Positions 38,041 to 52,263 of a DNA stretch of 64,000 nucleotides are shown one piece after another. Location of the stretch: the NCBI GenBank assembly GCA_951406725.2, contig OX597817.1, forward strand, positions 131,936,001 through 132,000,000, in the 5' to 3' direction. This DNA is from Octopus vulgaris. Its lineage: Eukaryota. Both the position numbers and the translations under genes were made by a program. Each line of letters begins with the position of its first letter. Positions within the stretch are counted from its first letter, which is position 1. The notes below the pieces were generated by a model. The model was not told where the DNA came from and did not search any database. It was given only the letters and a program-made list of their open reading frames with translations.

Positions 38041-41000
38041 ATGAAGTTGGGGCTGTAAAACGTTAATGAACCCCGGATTCTTCGACACAATGCATACTTA
38101 GGAGAAAAGTGAGATTTTCGTTCTCAAAATTTCACTTAAATATTTAGTTGAATCGTGTAATCCAACTAAAGATGCTTCACATCTCTAAGCGACATCTTAC
38201 ATTTGAAATTGAAATGGCTTAGTCGTTTGCTATGCAAATGACTCTGAATTTTAAATTCATTCCTATGGAAATTCGCTTGTACTTTGTCTAACCCCAAGAT
38301 TAGCTGCTCTACTGAACTGATAAAATCGTTATTTTAAATCTGCATTCTCCTTAGAAATGACAAAGTTATATTTGGGCTGAAGGAGACAAGAGAGTTTGAT
38401 TGTTCTCAGATTTAAATGTCGGCCATTATCTCAGTAAATACAATATTTATGGAGTCCATATTGTGTGTGTTGTATAACGAGAGAAATAACCTCCTTTCGG
38501 TTTGATTTTCTTACAGGGTTTTCACTTTCTTTTGTCGTTGTTTCACTTCTCTGACGTCATAACCTCTAATTTTCTTTCCTCAAATAATCTCAGGATTCAT
38601 GTTAATGCCTTTCGGGAGAGAATGTTGCATAGAGCCCTTTGTTAGTAGCTTCCTAATGGCGTGTTTCCTATACACAGATATATATCATTCATATCTAACA
38701 CATGTGTATAAAAGCATTCACCTTAGAAATACATTCTATCAGCTTTTCATCGGAAAACAATCAGTGGAACATTAAAATAAATATTTCTTGAGTGGAAAGG
38801 GATGGTTTAATAATAAATCTAATGGAAGCAATCCACCGAACCATCGCTTATGCCGATCTTTATGAATCAAGGCTTAAACTAAATTACAGACGCAATCATC
38901 TATCGTTACTAAACGAAAAACATTCATGTAGTCGCTCTATGCTGTCCTTGTGTGTCCACTTACTGTTAGTTCACCTGTAATCACTAATGCAACAAGTAGC
39001 CGCACATATAGCATTAAATGCCTGAAGAAATGACATTCTCACTTTCGATTATTGATAAGATATTTTATTTGTAATCAATAATCTGGGAGTGAGCTTTACT
39101 ACTTTTTCCAAAAAGTTTCCAGATCTCTACCGGTTCCGTGTTCAGATCCAGTTTCAAAGTGAAGAGGTTGGAAATTAAACCTGCACTTGCTCACAGTGCG
39201 TGTGACAAATATCAGATGCAGCGAGAGATGGTGAACAATGTATATTTGTATGGATGAAACGAGGTGATACACCAATTCCTCTATTCATTATAATCCTACT
39301 CGTAGATTCCTACCTTATTTCATTTGAAATGAATGGTTCAGTCACATTGATCACGTGATTGACATATTTGCATCAAAATCAAAATCTGACGACCATATTT
39401 GGTGAATACTCAATGAACGCCCTGAGCATCAAGAGAGCATTTACGTAATCACTTTACCTGCTAGAAATAGCAGAAAAATACTCTTAAATCACACTCTACT
39501 GATATAAAAAGAAGTTAAGAACTCATAGAATAATATCATCGAGTTAAGATTTCAGATTATAAGGCAAAAATGTTGGCTTTTTCTACATACGTTTGTTTGA
39601 TCCGACCATACCTGGATCTCAATGGATCAAATTGACGGGATCAATTAAATCTACATTACGAGCGGTAGCGCCACTGAAGGAGTTAAATGTAGCTAGGCTA
39701 AGTATCGATCCACTTGTCAGTATTAATGTTCTACCGCCGCCTTTATCTAATGGAGAATTGTTTCTTGTTTGCTGTTCGTATTTTCATTCGGTTCGGTGGC
39801 GTGTGTCATGAGAAATAGAATTTGCAATACATGTGGTATTGGCAGTATGAATAAAACTTACTCCTCAACTGGATAGAACCAATCTTATGACCCAAACACT
39901 ATAAAAACCCATACTAAACAGCGCGAAAAATGGCTATTATGGTTGAATGGGGGAAATCTACATAACATCACGCTAAAACCTCTTCGTAACCACAGTTTTT
40001 TTCTCTACAAAGACGTTTTTCGCCCCGCTTAACTGCTAATCTGCACCATCCAGTCCCACTTCTCTTCTTCGCGTCATCCTACAAGCGCGATAGAAATGCT
40101 GTCCCCAATAATTTCTGACACGAGATGCAGATCTCTTGAATGATTTCTCCTGTCCACGTCTTGCTTACAAATGTGGACATAGAAATTTGAAAATGAATAT
40201 CAGTCGCATCGATTTCTTTATCGATTAATTAATAATTTCTTAATTAAGCAAAAGGTCTAATTATATGGACTCCGGTGTTTGATTGGTAGTTGTATTTTGA
40301 ACCCGGAGAAGTTGAAATAATATGTCGATAATGGCTGATTTGAACAGAGAATGGAGGTGGAGGAAATTAAGCGCATCCAATATGGTTTCTCCACTATCAG
40401 CGATTCACCATCCACCATACTTTATTCCTAGTTAATAAAAAAATTTCTAAATTAGGCAGCAGGATAAAAATTCTAGTGATGGAAATGATATAAGTGTTAT
40501 TTTTTTTTAAAACTTTGTCCAGTGGTTGACAGCGATATTTTTCTCAAGTCCTAGGGAATCTAAAACAAAATATTTCTCCACAGTACCTCATTGAAACGAT
40601 TCTACCAAACCGCAACACTATTAAGACATATTAATTTCTGAATTATTTTCGATGCTTCAGTTTTGCGGGAATCGGAGGCGGGTGGCTTAGTGTTTAGGGT
40701 GTCGGACTCATGATCGATATACTGTGACTTCGATTCTTGGACCGAGCAATATATTGTGCTCCTGAGCAAAACACTTCATTTTATGTTGTTCCATTTTACG
40801 TTGTTCCAGTTTGCAAGAACGACGAATCGTGCAGTGGACCGGCATTCCGTCCAGTGGGAAAATATATACGCTTCAGAAACCAGGAAACCGACGCTATGAG
40901 TTTATATGATTCGGGAAACAGCTTTTGCCTAGGTGTTTAGGAAGGATTTATTCAATTAAATCTTGCCCTGTATTTGAATGTCATTCTGTTTCAATGACAC

Positions 41001-41489
41001 TGGAAATATAGAAGGCAAAGCTGATTTCATAGATATTAGAACTCAGAACACACAGAGCGAAAATTTAATATTGCAAACCATTTTGTCCGGAATTCTATCG
41101 ACTCTGCCGCCGTACAAACTTTGCCATGAAGTATTCAAAACAAACAAAGAATACTCCCAAATGTTTGAAGAGAAAATAAAGTAGTGTTTAAAGCACTGCC
41201 TTCTTGGAAACCTCTTTAGTTTTTCATGTAACAATCATTAGAGTGCAGCCATATTGGAGCCGACCCTTGAAGTATATTTTAGTTGGATGAATCAACCAGT
41301 AGTGCTTACTATTTTTGTTAATTATGCTATCGTAATTATGCTATCAGTATCCTTTTCCGAACCGCTAAGTTAGGATGACATAAGTACACCAGCACATGTT
41401 GTCAAGCGCTGGTGGGGGACAAAGACAGACACAGATATACACAGACATACACACGCACACACGCGCGCGCGCATACATACATACCCACC

Positions 41490-41541
<52 letters not shown>

Positions 41542-41944
41542 TCGCCTACTTGCCTAGCCAGGGTGGGTGGTATTATTCGAAAGCTACAACAATAGGAAAT
41601 GCATGGAGACCAGCGATGTATAAGAACATCCGATATTCTGGTCGATACTGTCTATCAAATGTACTCACAGAGCATTGCTGAGGCCGAGGCTATAGATGAA
41701 TATACATGCCTGGGGTGGGATAGAACCTGGAACGATGACGTCGAGAAGCAAACGTCTTACCACAGAACCGCGACTCAACGGCAAATCGGTGTTGGGAGGG
41801 CTTTGGACGATGGGGGTCGCGTGAAGAGGCTTTACGTGATACGATACTAAAATGAGGATTGGGCTTTGGTTACTCTCGAGTGTGACGTGCAGTGGTGAGT
41901 GAGAACAGCCTCTTTAAGATAACAGAGATAGATTGAAGACGGAT

Positions 41945-42137
41945 GACGCAGGCATGAGTGCTTAAGAGGCTTGATTCGCAACCACTTGGTTCCGGGTTCA
42001 GTCGTTTCACGTGAAACCTTGGGTAACTATCTTCTAGTATAGCTTCGGGCCGACCGAAGACTTCTGAGTGGATTTGATAGACGGAAACTGAAAGAAGCTC
42101 GTCGTAAATAAATTTATATATGTGTATATATATATAT

Positions 42138-42181
<44 letters not shown>

Positions 42182-42410
42182 GTGTGTGTGTGTGTGTGTG
42201 TGTTTGTGTCAGAGTGTGAATGTGTGCGTGTGTGTATTTCTCCTCCATAGCTTGAGAACCGGTGTTAATGTGTTTACGTCCTTATAACCTATCGGTTAAC
42301 CAGGCTTTAAATTATGAGCGCTAGGATCAATTCACTCCACTAAAAGTTCGCCAAAGCGCTGCTGCAACATGGCCACAGTCTAATGACTGAAAAAAATTAA
42401 ACATAAAAGA
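41945..42410 (+). mobile_element. SINE family A, diverged, with expanded internal TA/TG tract
   Basis: Family A head, core and tail are all recognisable. Confidence 0.8.
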
Positions 42411-42877
42411 TGAACGTATCTTAACGAGCACAAATGTCGATGCGGTCCGACGCACGGCCATTAGCGGCGACCCTTTCATGCGTGTCACGTAGTAGAAGAT
42501 GAGGCGTTTGGATCACGCATACTTTTAACATTGGGAGAGAAGAACTTTGCTGTTGGTATTCTATTTATTATAACAATAAGTCTTTGAGGTGGAAGGGAAT
42601 TAGATATCAAAAACGTACCCCACAACAAACTACAGAAATACATGGCACCGAGAATATTGGTAAACATTTGGCAGCTACTGTTTAAAAGAGGCCAGCAAAA
42701 TTTATATAATATATTTCTGCTTCTATATAGATTCTGTAACAAATATCTATAATCAAATATCTTTGGTTAGTTGCCGTCTATATTTAAAGATAACTGACAC
42801 TGTTCACGTTGCATGACAACTTCATTTAATATCTAACGAGAGTAAGACAGCGTCAAAAAGAAAAGTTTGAAGAAAAA

Positions 42878-42908
<31 letters not shown>

Positions 42909-43077
42909 GATTACTAATATATTTTCTGAATTATAAAGTTATTATTTTCACTTACATAAACCTCTTTTTTCTTTTAAAATAAACGCATAATGCACAGACA
43001 AGCACATATAACACAAACGTCAAATCCAACCTTCCCCACAAACAAACACTATATATATTCTTAAACATACCTATACG

Positions 43078-43125
<48 letters not shown>

Positions 43126-43574
43126 CATATATACGTGTATATATATTATATAAATATATATATACATATATGAGTATATGTATGTATATGTTTAAATATG
43201 TGTGTGTATACATGTTTGTGTGTCTGTTAGTTGTTCTGGTTGTTCTGCAAATATAGGAGAAGTGTGCATTATTTAGAGTGATATCTTACAAGCCATCAAT
43301 TCCTGAGTTTATAATCAGATGAATTATTCTGCCATTCTGACGAAACAAGCACTACTTAAGTCTGACGCTTCATCGATTTTAGAAGCTGATATGCGATGTC
43401 AATAGAACTGAAGACTAACAATTTATCTTTATCACAAACGCTCACATACACACTCACACGCACGCAAACGTACGAAATTGTGTTTTTGTGTTAGTCGTGT
43501 GAATGCCTCTGTTTGTGTGCCTTTGTGTGTGATTGTATGTGCGTATACACACACATACACACATATATTATATA

Positions 43575-43629
<55 letters not shown>

Positions 43630-43706
43630 TTGATACTTACGTACATACACACACACACGAATACATACATGCATGCATACATATATACGTGTAAATATAT
43701 ATATAT

Positions 43707-43847
<141 letters not shown>

Positions 43848-44715
43848 TAGGTATATACATACATATATATCCCAGTTCTGTATATTTACTTATCTTGAAT
43901 TCTCGTAAAGTCTAGTGAAACATCATGTATTCTCATCGGAAATGGAGACAAATAACAACCAAGATAAACAGCTTGAGGGTTTAGTGAAAGTAAAGAGCCT
44001 TCTTAAGCTCTGTATTGTCACTACTTGAAGCAATTACCAATCACTCGGAGAGTGTACTGGGTGCTTTTTGCTGGTGTCAGCACGGTTGGAGTCACATTGC
44101 AGTTTGCAAAAGGTAAGGCAGCCTTCATGATAGAAAGAACAGGCATACTATGAGAAAATGATAATAGTATGACTAACAAATGGAACAGTGTAGAGTGAGT
44201 AGAGATATGTAAAACTTATGCTTGCTGCTTTTATTCTCAATATATTGCAATTAAAGATTATTTTAGCCAATTATGTATACATCTGCACGTTGTTTCACTT
44301 GGATTCACTGTAATGTTTTAATATGCTGGAGTTTAAGAAACCTAACACTGACTTAAAATTATGATCTATGGCCAGCGGTTTTAGGGGAGCGGGTAATTCG
44401 AATACATCGACCACAGTGTTCAACTGGTACTTATTTTATCGACCTCGAAGAAATGAAAGGCATTGTTGACCTCATCGGAATTTGAACTCAGGATGTAAAA
44501 ATGCCGCTAAGCATTTTGTCCGATATGCTAACGATTCTGCCAGCCCACTTCTTAAGAATCATAACATTAATTGTGTTTCAGGCGGTGAGCTGCCAGAATC
44601 GTCAGAACGTTCTGGGTTCGAATTTCACCGAGGTCGACTTTATTTTTCATCCTTTCGGATGTGTCCGAATTTCTCAACCATTGTGCTAAAATTTGAAATC
44701 AATATGTGTAGTGCG

Positions 44716-45065
44716 GGAAAGCGCATGGCTCAGTGGTTAGAGCGTCGAGCTTACGATCGGTAGGTTGTGAGTTCGATTCCCGGACCGGGTTGCGTGTTGT
44801 GTTCGTGAGCAACACACTTTATTTCACGTTGATCCAGTCCACTCAGTTTTAGAAAGAAGTTGCGGCGTCACCAGTGCCAAGCTGTATCGGCCCCTTTGCT
44901 TTTCCCTTGGATAACATCAGTGGTGTGTAGAGGAGAGGGTCGGTATGCATGGGTGACTACTGGCCTTCCACAAACAAACCTTGCCCGGATTTGTGGCTCG
45001 GAGGGTAACTTTCTAGGTGCAGTCCCATGGTCATTCATGACTGAAGACGCTATCCTCCACCCTCT
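44716..45065 (+). mobile_element. tRNA-derived SINE
   Basis: GCGCATGGCTCAGTGGTTAGAGCGTCGAGCTTACGATC..GAGTTCGATTCCC head followed by a non-tRNA body. Confidence 0.75.
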
Positions 45066-45087
45066 GTAGTGCAGGTACATGATATAG

Positions 45088-45366
45088 AGGTTTGGGCATT
45101 CGGCTCCCGATCGCAAAGTTGTGAGTTCAATTCCCAGTGGCGCGTTGTGTCCTTGAGCAAGACACTCTATTTCACAATGCTTCAGTCCACCCTGCTGGCA
45201 AAAATGAGTCTTATCTGTAATTGAAAGGGCCGGCCTTGCCCCGTTCTGTATCATACCGAGACTTTCTGAGAACTATTTCAAGAGTGCACGTATTCTGTGG
45301 AGTACTTAACTGCTTGTAATTTAACTTCAAGCGCAGGGTGTTCCGTCCATCGGATTAACTAAAACC
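45088..45366 (+). mobile_element. SINE family D
   Basis: Colinear with 848-1155. Confidence 0.7.
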
Positions 45367-45946
45367 GTGTGTGTGTGTGCGTGCGTGTGTGTGCGTGTAT
45401 ATGTGTGTGTGTGCGTGTATGCGTGTGTGCGTGTAACGAATCTGATTGGTTTATTCATATTTAGACGGTGTCTCTTGTAACAAAACTACCAAAATGTTCG
45501 AACGCTTAGTTCTAATACAAAATAGTTGCCTGTCTGAGATATTTCTCTTTCTATACAATGCAATCATACACAGACCCGAATATTTCCTAGAGAAGCGTGA
45601 ATCTAGCAATATGCATACATACATACAAACATACATATACATATATATGCATACATATATAAATAGTTAATATATATATATATATCTTTATATATGTGTG
45701 CGTGTATAAGCTGCTTTCTTTTATATTTCCTACTTCATTTGTAATTTCAGTGGTAATATTAACGGTTCTTCTATATTATCTATCGAACAGTTTTCTGTCT
45801 TGCACTTTCCTTCACTTTAGTTGTTTTTTTTTTGTTGATTATCTTATTCCTGTCTACCTTTCTTTATTATTTCTTCACATATAAACAACTGGAGATGTAT
45901 ATTTACGAAAGCGCACACAAACGTACATACATACACACAAACATAC

Positions 45947-45983
<37 letters not shown>

Positions 45984-46003
45984 AACACATATACATATAC
46001 ACA

Positions 46004-46069
<66 letters not shown>

Positions 46070-46136
46070 GCATATCTATCTACATATATATATACATACA
46101 TATATATCTACACAAATATATATATGTATATATATG

Positions 46137-46172
<36 letters not shown>

Positions 46173-47291
46173 AGTGTGTGCGTGTGCGTGTGCGTGTGTG
46201 TCTATATATACATATGTGTGTGTGTGCGCACGTATATACATGTATTTCTCAATGTATATCCTTTACAACTCATTGATTTTTCTGGAGCCTGTGAATAAAA
46301 TGAACAAAATAAAAAAACCAAAATACAGAAAAATCTCTAATGCAAATATTGGTAGATCGTTGTCGAGATTCCAGACAAAATTATATTCTTAGATTCGTAG
46401 AAAATTACAGCTTTCTCCCCCTTATTTCTTATATCCAAATTGTCTGAAACCCCAGCCTAAATTTCTTTTCAGGTGAATCTAAATAATTGTTTTATTGTAT
46501 TTGTGTATCGTCTGTAAACTGAAATATTGCAGACATTATTTCAATCCATTAAATAAACATGTTATTGATTCTACGCCAAAGTATTCGGTTCAGAGACCGT
46601 TTGCTTGATATACTAATTGCAGGATGATCTAGTCTTTGACTAACATTTACTTCAAAACATCTGATTGGCAAATATTCCTTCGCCGGAATGTTATCTTCAT
46701 GTTACTGCATTCTTCCCGTTTCTGTTCTTTTTCCTTTATTTTTCATGAAATGTTATGTTTTAGAACTTGTCTTCGATTCTAAAATGCTAAACGGAACCAC
46801 TGAAGACATTCCTGTTTTGTTTGTTCTTCTACCAAGTATTTGTCTCCACAAAAGGTTTAAATTCGAGAGGCTAATGGCCGTAAAACTGAAGTTTACACCT
46901 CCGTTGCTCCATAACTGATGCAAAATGTTTAAAGCGTAATCCAACCAATCCTAACATTTATATCCATCTGTCTTTCATTTGGTTAAAATAGATGACATTT
47001 CTAAAGCATTCTTATTTGACGTTGAAAAGTCTTTTAGTTCTTGTTATCAGAAAAGACAGGAGATATTCCTGTCTGTATATTGGTAGTTATATGTGTGCCA
47101 ACAGATTAAGTATTGGCTCAAAAAAGTAAATACTGAGTTCGATTCATTCGACTGAAAATTCTAGAAGGAGGTGCTCCAATATGGCCGTGGACTAATGACT
47201 GAAACAAGTAAAAGGTAAAAATATATATATAGGAATCATAGAATTTGTTGCTTATTTATTTTACCAATAATTCCATTTCTTCTCCTTTCAG

Positions 47292-47591
47292 CATCTGCAT
47301 TAGACTCCCGGTTAGAATTCCGAAACAAAGATCCTGTCCGTTATACATTACTTTTGGGTAAAGGATTTCCGGAAGTCAAAAATCTTACCATTGCATTCTG
47401 GGTAAAAGCTAACGGCAGTAATATGAACCAAGATACCATTTTATCCTACAAGCAGGATCAAACTATCAACATATTGCGCATAACCAGTGGGAATAATTTA
47501 GTCTTTAAAATATTCAACAAATATATTTCAACAAATATTTCGTTAGCAAATGAAGTGTGGACCCATGTTGTATGGACTTGGAGAATGCACG
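47292..47591 (+). CDS. Internal exon, N-terminal half of a pentraxin/LamG-like domain
   Basis: Acceptor tttcttctcctttcag, donor G|GTAAGG, 300 nt, phase 1-1. Encodes SALDSRLEFRNKDPVRYTLLLGKGFPEVKNLTIAFWVK...TILSY...NEVWTHVVWTWRMH, in frame with the flanking exons. Confidence 0.92.
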
Positions 47592-47769
47592 GTAAGGATT
47601 CGATTCATTCGTTAAACGTATTATTATTACTGTTATTTTCTTTGCTCAGCTGGGTATGTACTACGGTGTCAGCTGAGTGTGCGTTTGCGTGTGTATGCAG
47701 CTATGTTTTGTTTCACTACCGGGAATAAGAGAACTGAATAACCGAAGCTATTTTTGAATAAGCAGTCGT

Positions 47770-48200
47770 GTATTGTGGTTGTTGACGTACTCCGTCTCCA
47801 AATGTAAGAATCAGTCACTCATCAGGCGAGGAAGCAAGCACGTAGCTACCTCAGTCTCTTCCATTATGGCACCAGAGATGCCCGATGTAGGCAACAATTC
47901 CTCCGCCCAGTAGTTCGGGATTTGTTGAATTAGCTGTTGTGATCCTGGGTGACATATTTCTATTTTCCTAAATGCTCGTTCCCTCTACACCATTCATATT
48001 CTTTTTGAAACAGATGTAATGTCTTGCTTTCTCAGCAGCTTCTGGCAATTTTCTCGCGACATCTTTTCTCATCCCCGCAGCTAATCCAAGACTTCTGAGC
48101 ACCGAGTGAAAACTACTTCCAACAAATCCTCTAACACCAACAAGAAAGGTTTATTGCGTCCCTTCCTGCCATTGTTTTCACAGAGTTCAGCCAACTTTTA
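47770..48200 (-). mobile_element. 3' end of a Hero/NeSL-like RLE LINE, degenerate
   Basis: Minus strand KLAELCENNG, VGVRGFVGSSFHSVLRSLGL and EAAEKARHYI resemble the EVGCRGF...EAAE.AS.W.W C-terminus of Hero-type elements. Extent of the 3' UTR is approximate. Confidence 0.65.
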
Positions 48201-48709
48201 GAATATTACAAATGATGCACGATTTTGGCGAAGATCCAAGTCCACTCAATTTAATTGTTTCTCTGTTGTTGTTTTTGTTATTGGTGTGTTTAAATCCACC
48301 AAATGGGAATCCGATTGATTAAAGTAAAGTCACTCATAGACATGCCCTATCTATATGATTAGGTTCTGTCTTCTCTCGGCCAACTCAAGCACTCAGTAGT
48401 TACTTGTCACAGAAATGGCTGCTTACATACATTGAAACGTAGGTGTAGGCTATACATTAAAATAATCAACGACACATACATACATCTAAATACACGTGCG
48501 CATACAAACTCACACACACCCTCACACATACACAGATGAACTTACCCTGTTATGAATAAATACATATACTAGGGTGTTTGCACCCCCACGCACTATATGT
48601 ATGTGTGTGTGTGACCCCTCTGTCCGGCCATCGCCATGATAGATCATTAGCCACTAAACCTTTTTTTATTTTCTCTCCCTGTTTATTTCTGAGTTCCTTT
48701 CTGTTGAGT

Positions 48710-49600
48710 TGAAGAGGCTGATAGCATCATAAGACTTGGAAGGCAGCTCCTTGAGCAAGACTCTTTGTCTGATAACCTAAAATACATGGCCAAAAAAGTT
48801 GCCCGACTCTACGCAACGTATCATCAGATGAAAGGATGAGCAGAAGACTATGCATGGATCTATCAATAGAAAGCTCCGTGATGATAGTAACATCGATCAT
48901 CAAAACAGTCTACCACGGACCAATAGTCGGATTACTACCTCCCACATTGAAGTATACAACAGACCTGATATAAGGATTTGGAATAGAGAAGAGAAATTGT
49001 GTACAATTGTGGAAATTAGCTGCCCAGCGGATGTTAACATAAAGCTGAAGATCAGCGTAAAAGAGAATAACTACGCTGAACTATTGAGAAATCTGCAGTT
49101 ACTCTATCCATATTACAAATTCAGGTTTATACGTGTAATTATTGGGATTCTGGGATATGTAGCGCTCTGCCTAAATAGAAATCTTGAGAAGTTAGGCTTC
49201 TCAAAGACAGAAAGGAGAAAGCTAATTCAAAGACTACAGATCCAGTCCATCACTGGAACTGTAAAAAATCTGTAAAACTTTCCAGAAGTTTATTATTTCA
49301 ATATATATGAGCATGTCTAGACATGCAACTATATGTATGTGAATATATACACAAAACAAAACATACAAATCTGCACACATACATACATATATAGATACAT
49401 ACATACATGCATACATACATACATACATACATACATACATACATACATACATACATACATACATACATACATACATACATACATACATACAAAAATACCC
49501 TGTTGCTGATGTTGAAATTCCAATGAAGGAGGCTTGGATCTAAGTTAGAAACTGACTCTTTCTCTATTTGCAAGAAATCTTAAAATAAAACTAAATAATG
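48710..49600 (+). mobile_element. Internally deleted RLE-type LINE 3' fragment with (CATA)n-containing 3' UTR
   Basis: YNRPDIRIWNREEKLCTIVEISCPADVNIKLKISVKENNYAELLRNLQLLYP (PD-x-E RLE motif). 3' UTR matches 61490-61680 and ends in CATACATAC. Confidence 0.88.
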
Positions 49601-49656
49601 GCATACATACACAGAAAATATGATTGATAGAAAATGGAATGAGAGACATTATTTAA

Positions 49657-49758
49657 AATCACTAAATTGTTTCGTCACATTTTTACACCTTTAGCAAACA
49701 GGTGAGATCTTTAATCATCACAAAATCCAAGGTGTAGAATGAACCCCCTCAGGTGATT
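49657..49758 (-). ncRNA. Degenerate hammerhead with long stem II
   Basis: AATCAC-CTGAGGG-G-GTTCATTCTACACCTT...AAGGTGTAAAAATGTGAC-GAAA-CAATT-TA-GTGATT: perfect 6-bp stem I, A9G change in the core. Confidence 0.55.
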
Positions 49759-51095
49759 GCTTTAACAAGTTCTTTAGTGTATCATCTCGTCATAATGCTC
49801 GCCCCATACTTTGCGAGTTACACATTTTACATTTGAATACATGATAATCATCACACAATATATCACCCGTGTATTACAATTGAAAACATGTATCGAAACG
49901 ATTGTAGTACTTTAAATTGAAAATGTTTTTGATGCCATTTTCTATCATTTATATCTATCTATTTATATAAACTTTACAGATACCATGGATTTCCTTATAT
50001 ATATCCAGTATCGGGAGCATACATACAATTTTAGTTAAGGGAAACTGTGAAATGAAATGAGCAACAACTTGCACGCATCTTTGAAGATTGTAGAATAGTG
50101 CTCGTATAATTACATGCATACTTCTGTACATACTCATTCTCAAACATTCTACGTCAACACAAATTGGTAAATATAGACAGAGAGCGAGTGAGAGAGTAGG
50201 TGAAAGAGAGACAGAGAGAGGGAGATATGGAGGGAGAGAAGGGGCAGAAAAAATAAAAATGCTTCAGGCAAAATAGTCTTCGGCTTCCATTCAGAGAGCT
50301 AAGGTTGTATGTGTGGGTGCGTGCGTAGGGTGTGTATATGCATTTATAGACATTAGGTCTGAAAAATAAATCACAAGCACGTCATGTGTACGTGTATTTC
50401 CCGCCCCTTCGGGATGTACACAGGATTAAATATGGCGGATACTATCGACAAGTTTAGATATGGAAAATTTCCATGAAAACGGAATTCAAACTTTAGCTGA
50501 TTGTTTTCACGTTGGCAGAAAAATTAATTGAATTCAGTAGATTGAAAATTATTTTTATTTCTGTCACAACAACAACAACAATAATAATAATAACATTTAT
50601 AATAATAAAAATACGCGTAAGCTGTATCATTGGCATTTTCTCCGCTCGTTTCCTTCTTTCCATTTTCCCGATATGAAATAATTATTTGCGTGAATATAAT
50701 AAATTGGTTGACTATCTATTGTTCTAGTATTGTACATCCGTACAATATCTAACAACAGCCTGTCTTTAAATATCTAGATGGACGTGATTTGCTTAAAATA
50801 ACTCGAAAATAATGAAAAAAGAAAAGATGAAGATAATTTCGGATGCTTTCATCAGTCATACAAAAGATGGACGATCTCGTATTGAAATGTTTCAATAACG
50901 AAAGTGAGAGACCTGTATTCGCACAAGTAAGGTGTGGCGTGATATATTCAAAGATGTTGTCTATGCGAGCAATGTGAGGAGACTAGGTTCCATCCTTCCT
51001 TTTATCTCATATTCGATTCAGTCCTTGGACTGCGGCCGAGATGCAGCAATGATTGGAAGTGTTTAGTCAAATAAATCGACCCATCATTTAAAGAG

Positions 51096-51790
51096 AAAAA
51101 TACGAGTAAAAATTACGAATAAAGGTTCCGAATAACGATTAAAGAACTGCGAATAAACAAATACGAAATAAGAATGAAATAATAATGAAACAACAATAAA
51201 ATAAAACTGAAATAAAAATAGAGACGAAAATAAAACGAATGTTAACTTTTCTTTCCTCGGCGAAAATTAGACAAAGCTACATTTTGCAAAAAAGGTAAAA
51301 TCCGCGTTTGATAATACCTATGTATAGGAGGTACTACAAATAAATGTCAGAAAGTTCTACTGGTGTATCTATTCCTTTATATTCAGGGGAACCGGAAATG
51401 AATGCATCACGGTAACAATCCACTTTTATCGTTTTTTAATTTATTCAATCTATGTATTATCGCAAGCAACCAATCTAGTAAGTTACTTCTTTAGACTCTC
51501 AATTCGAATATTTTGGGATACCTAAGAGTTACGTTTTATATTATTTAAAATTTATCATTTATATTATTATTCTTAAATATTTGACGTAACATTATTATTT
51601 CATTCTTATTTCGTATTTGTTTATTCGCAATTATTTAGTCGTTATTCGGAACCTTTATTCGTAATTTTTACTCGTATTTTTTTCGCTAAAAATTTTTCTT
51701 CCTTAAAGGTTTTTTCCTTAAATGTTTATTCCTTGCGATTTTATTCCTTAAATTTTTATTTTTTATTCCTTAAAGTTTTACTCCTTAAAT
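51096..51790. mobile_element. Foldback-type element with about 90-bp AT-rich inverted repeats and adjacent short subrepeats
   Basis: 51096-51187 is the near-perfect reverse complement of 51590-51680. TTTT(A/T)TTCCTTAAA-like units repeat at 51690-51790. Confidence 0.7.
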
Positions 51791-52216
51791 TTCTATTCAT
51801 TTGTACATGGTAAGTAAGATTATATTGTAAGATATAGAGTATCATGGAAGTATATAAGAGTTAGGGGTAGTGAAAAATGTTGAGGAATCCAGACCTGAAG
51901 ATTGGGAGTATGTCGACCCGAGTAAGTACTGAAACTAGATACCTCTTATCTAATCAATTTCGACGTACTTTCATGAAACACGTGTAGTCTTATAAACGGA
52001 AAATACAGGATTCAGAATATAGTTAGTATAAGATTTAATTTTTAACAGTTTATGGAGTGGTCGGGTATAAAAACTTTCAGTGTTTATTGAGTTGAAGGTG
52101 GTTCTGTCTCTAAAATTACTTTTATATATACGAATTAAACATTGCGAGATGTTCATTTTAGTACACGTAATTTGAATGTCATTTTTGTGTGTTCTTGGAA
52201 GCAATATTCCCTAATA

Positions 52217-52262
<46 letters not shown>

Positions 52263-52263
52263 T

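Noticed and set aside
46300-47050. Possible ancient LINE remnant (also about 200-530 and 15400-16150)
   Set aside because: Only compositional bias. No motif reliable enough to call.
49515-49562. Hammerhead relic in the LINE 3' UTR (CCAATGAAGG...AGAAAC, also about 61595-61640)
   Set aside because: Both copies lack the CUGA core and stem I is unconvincing.
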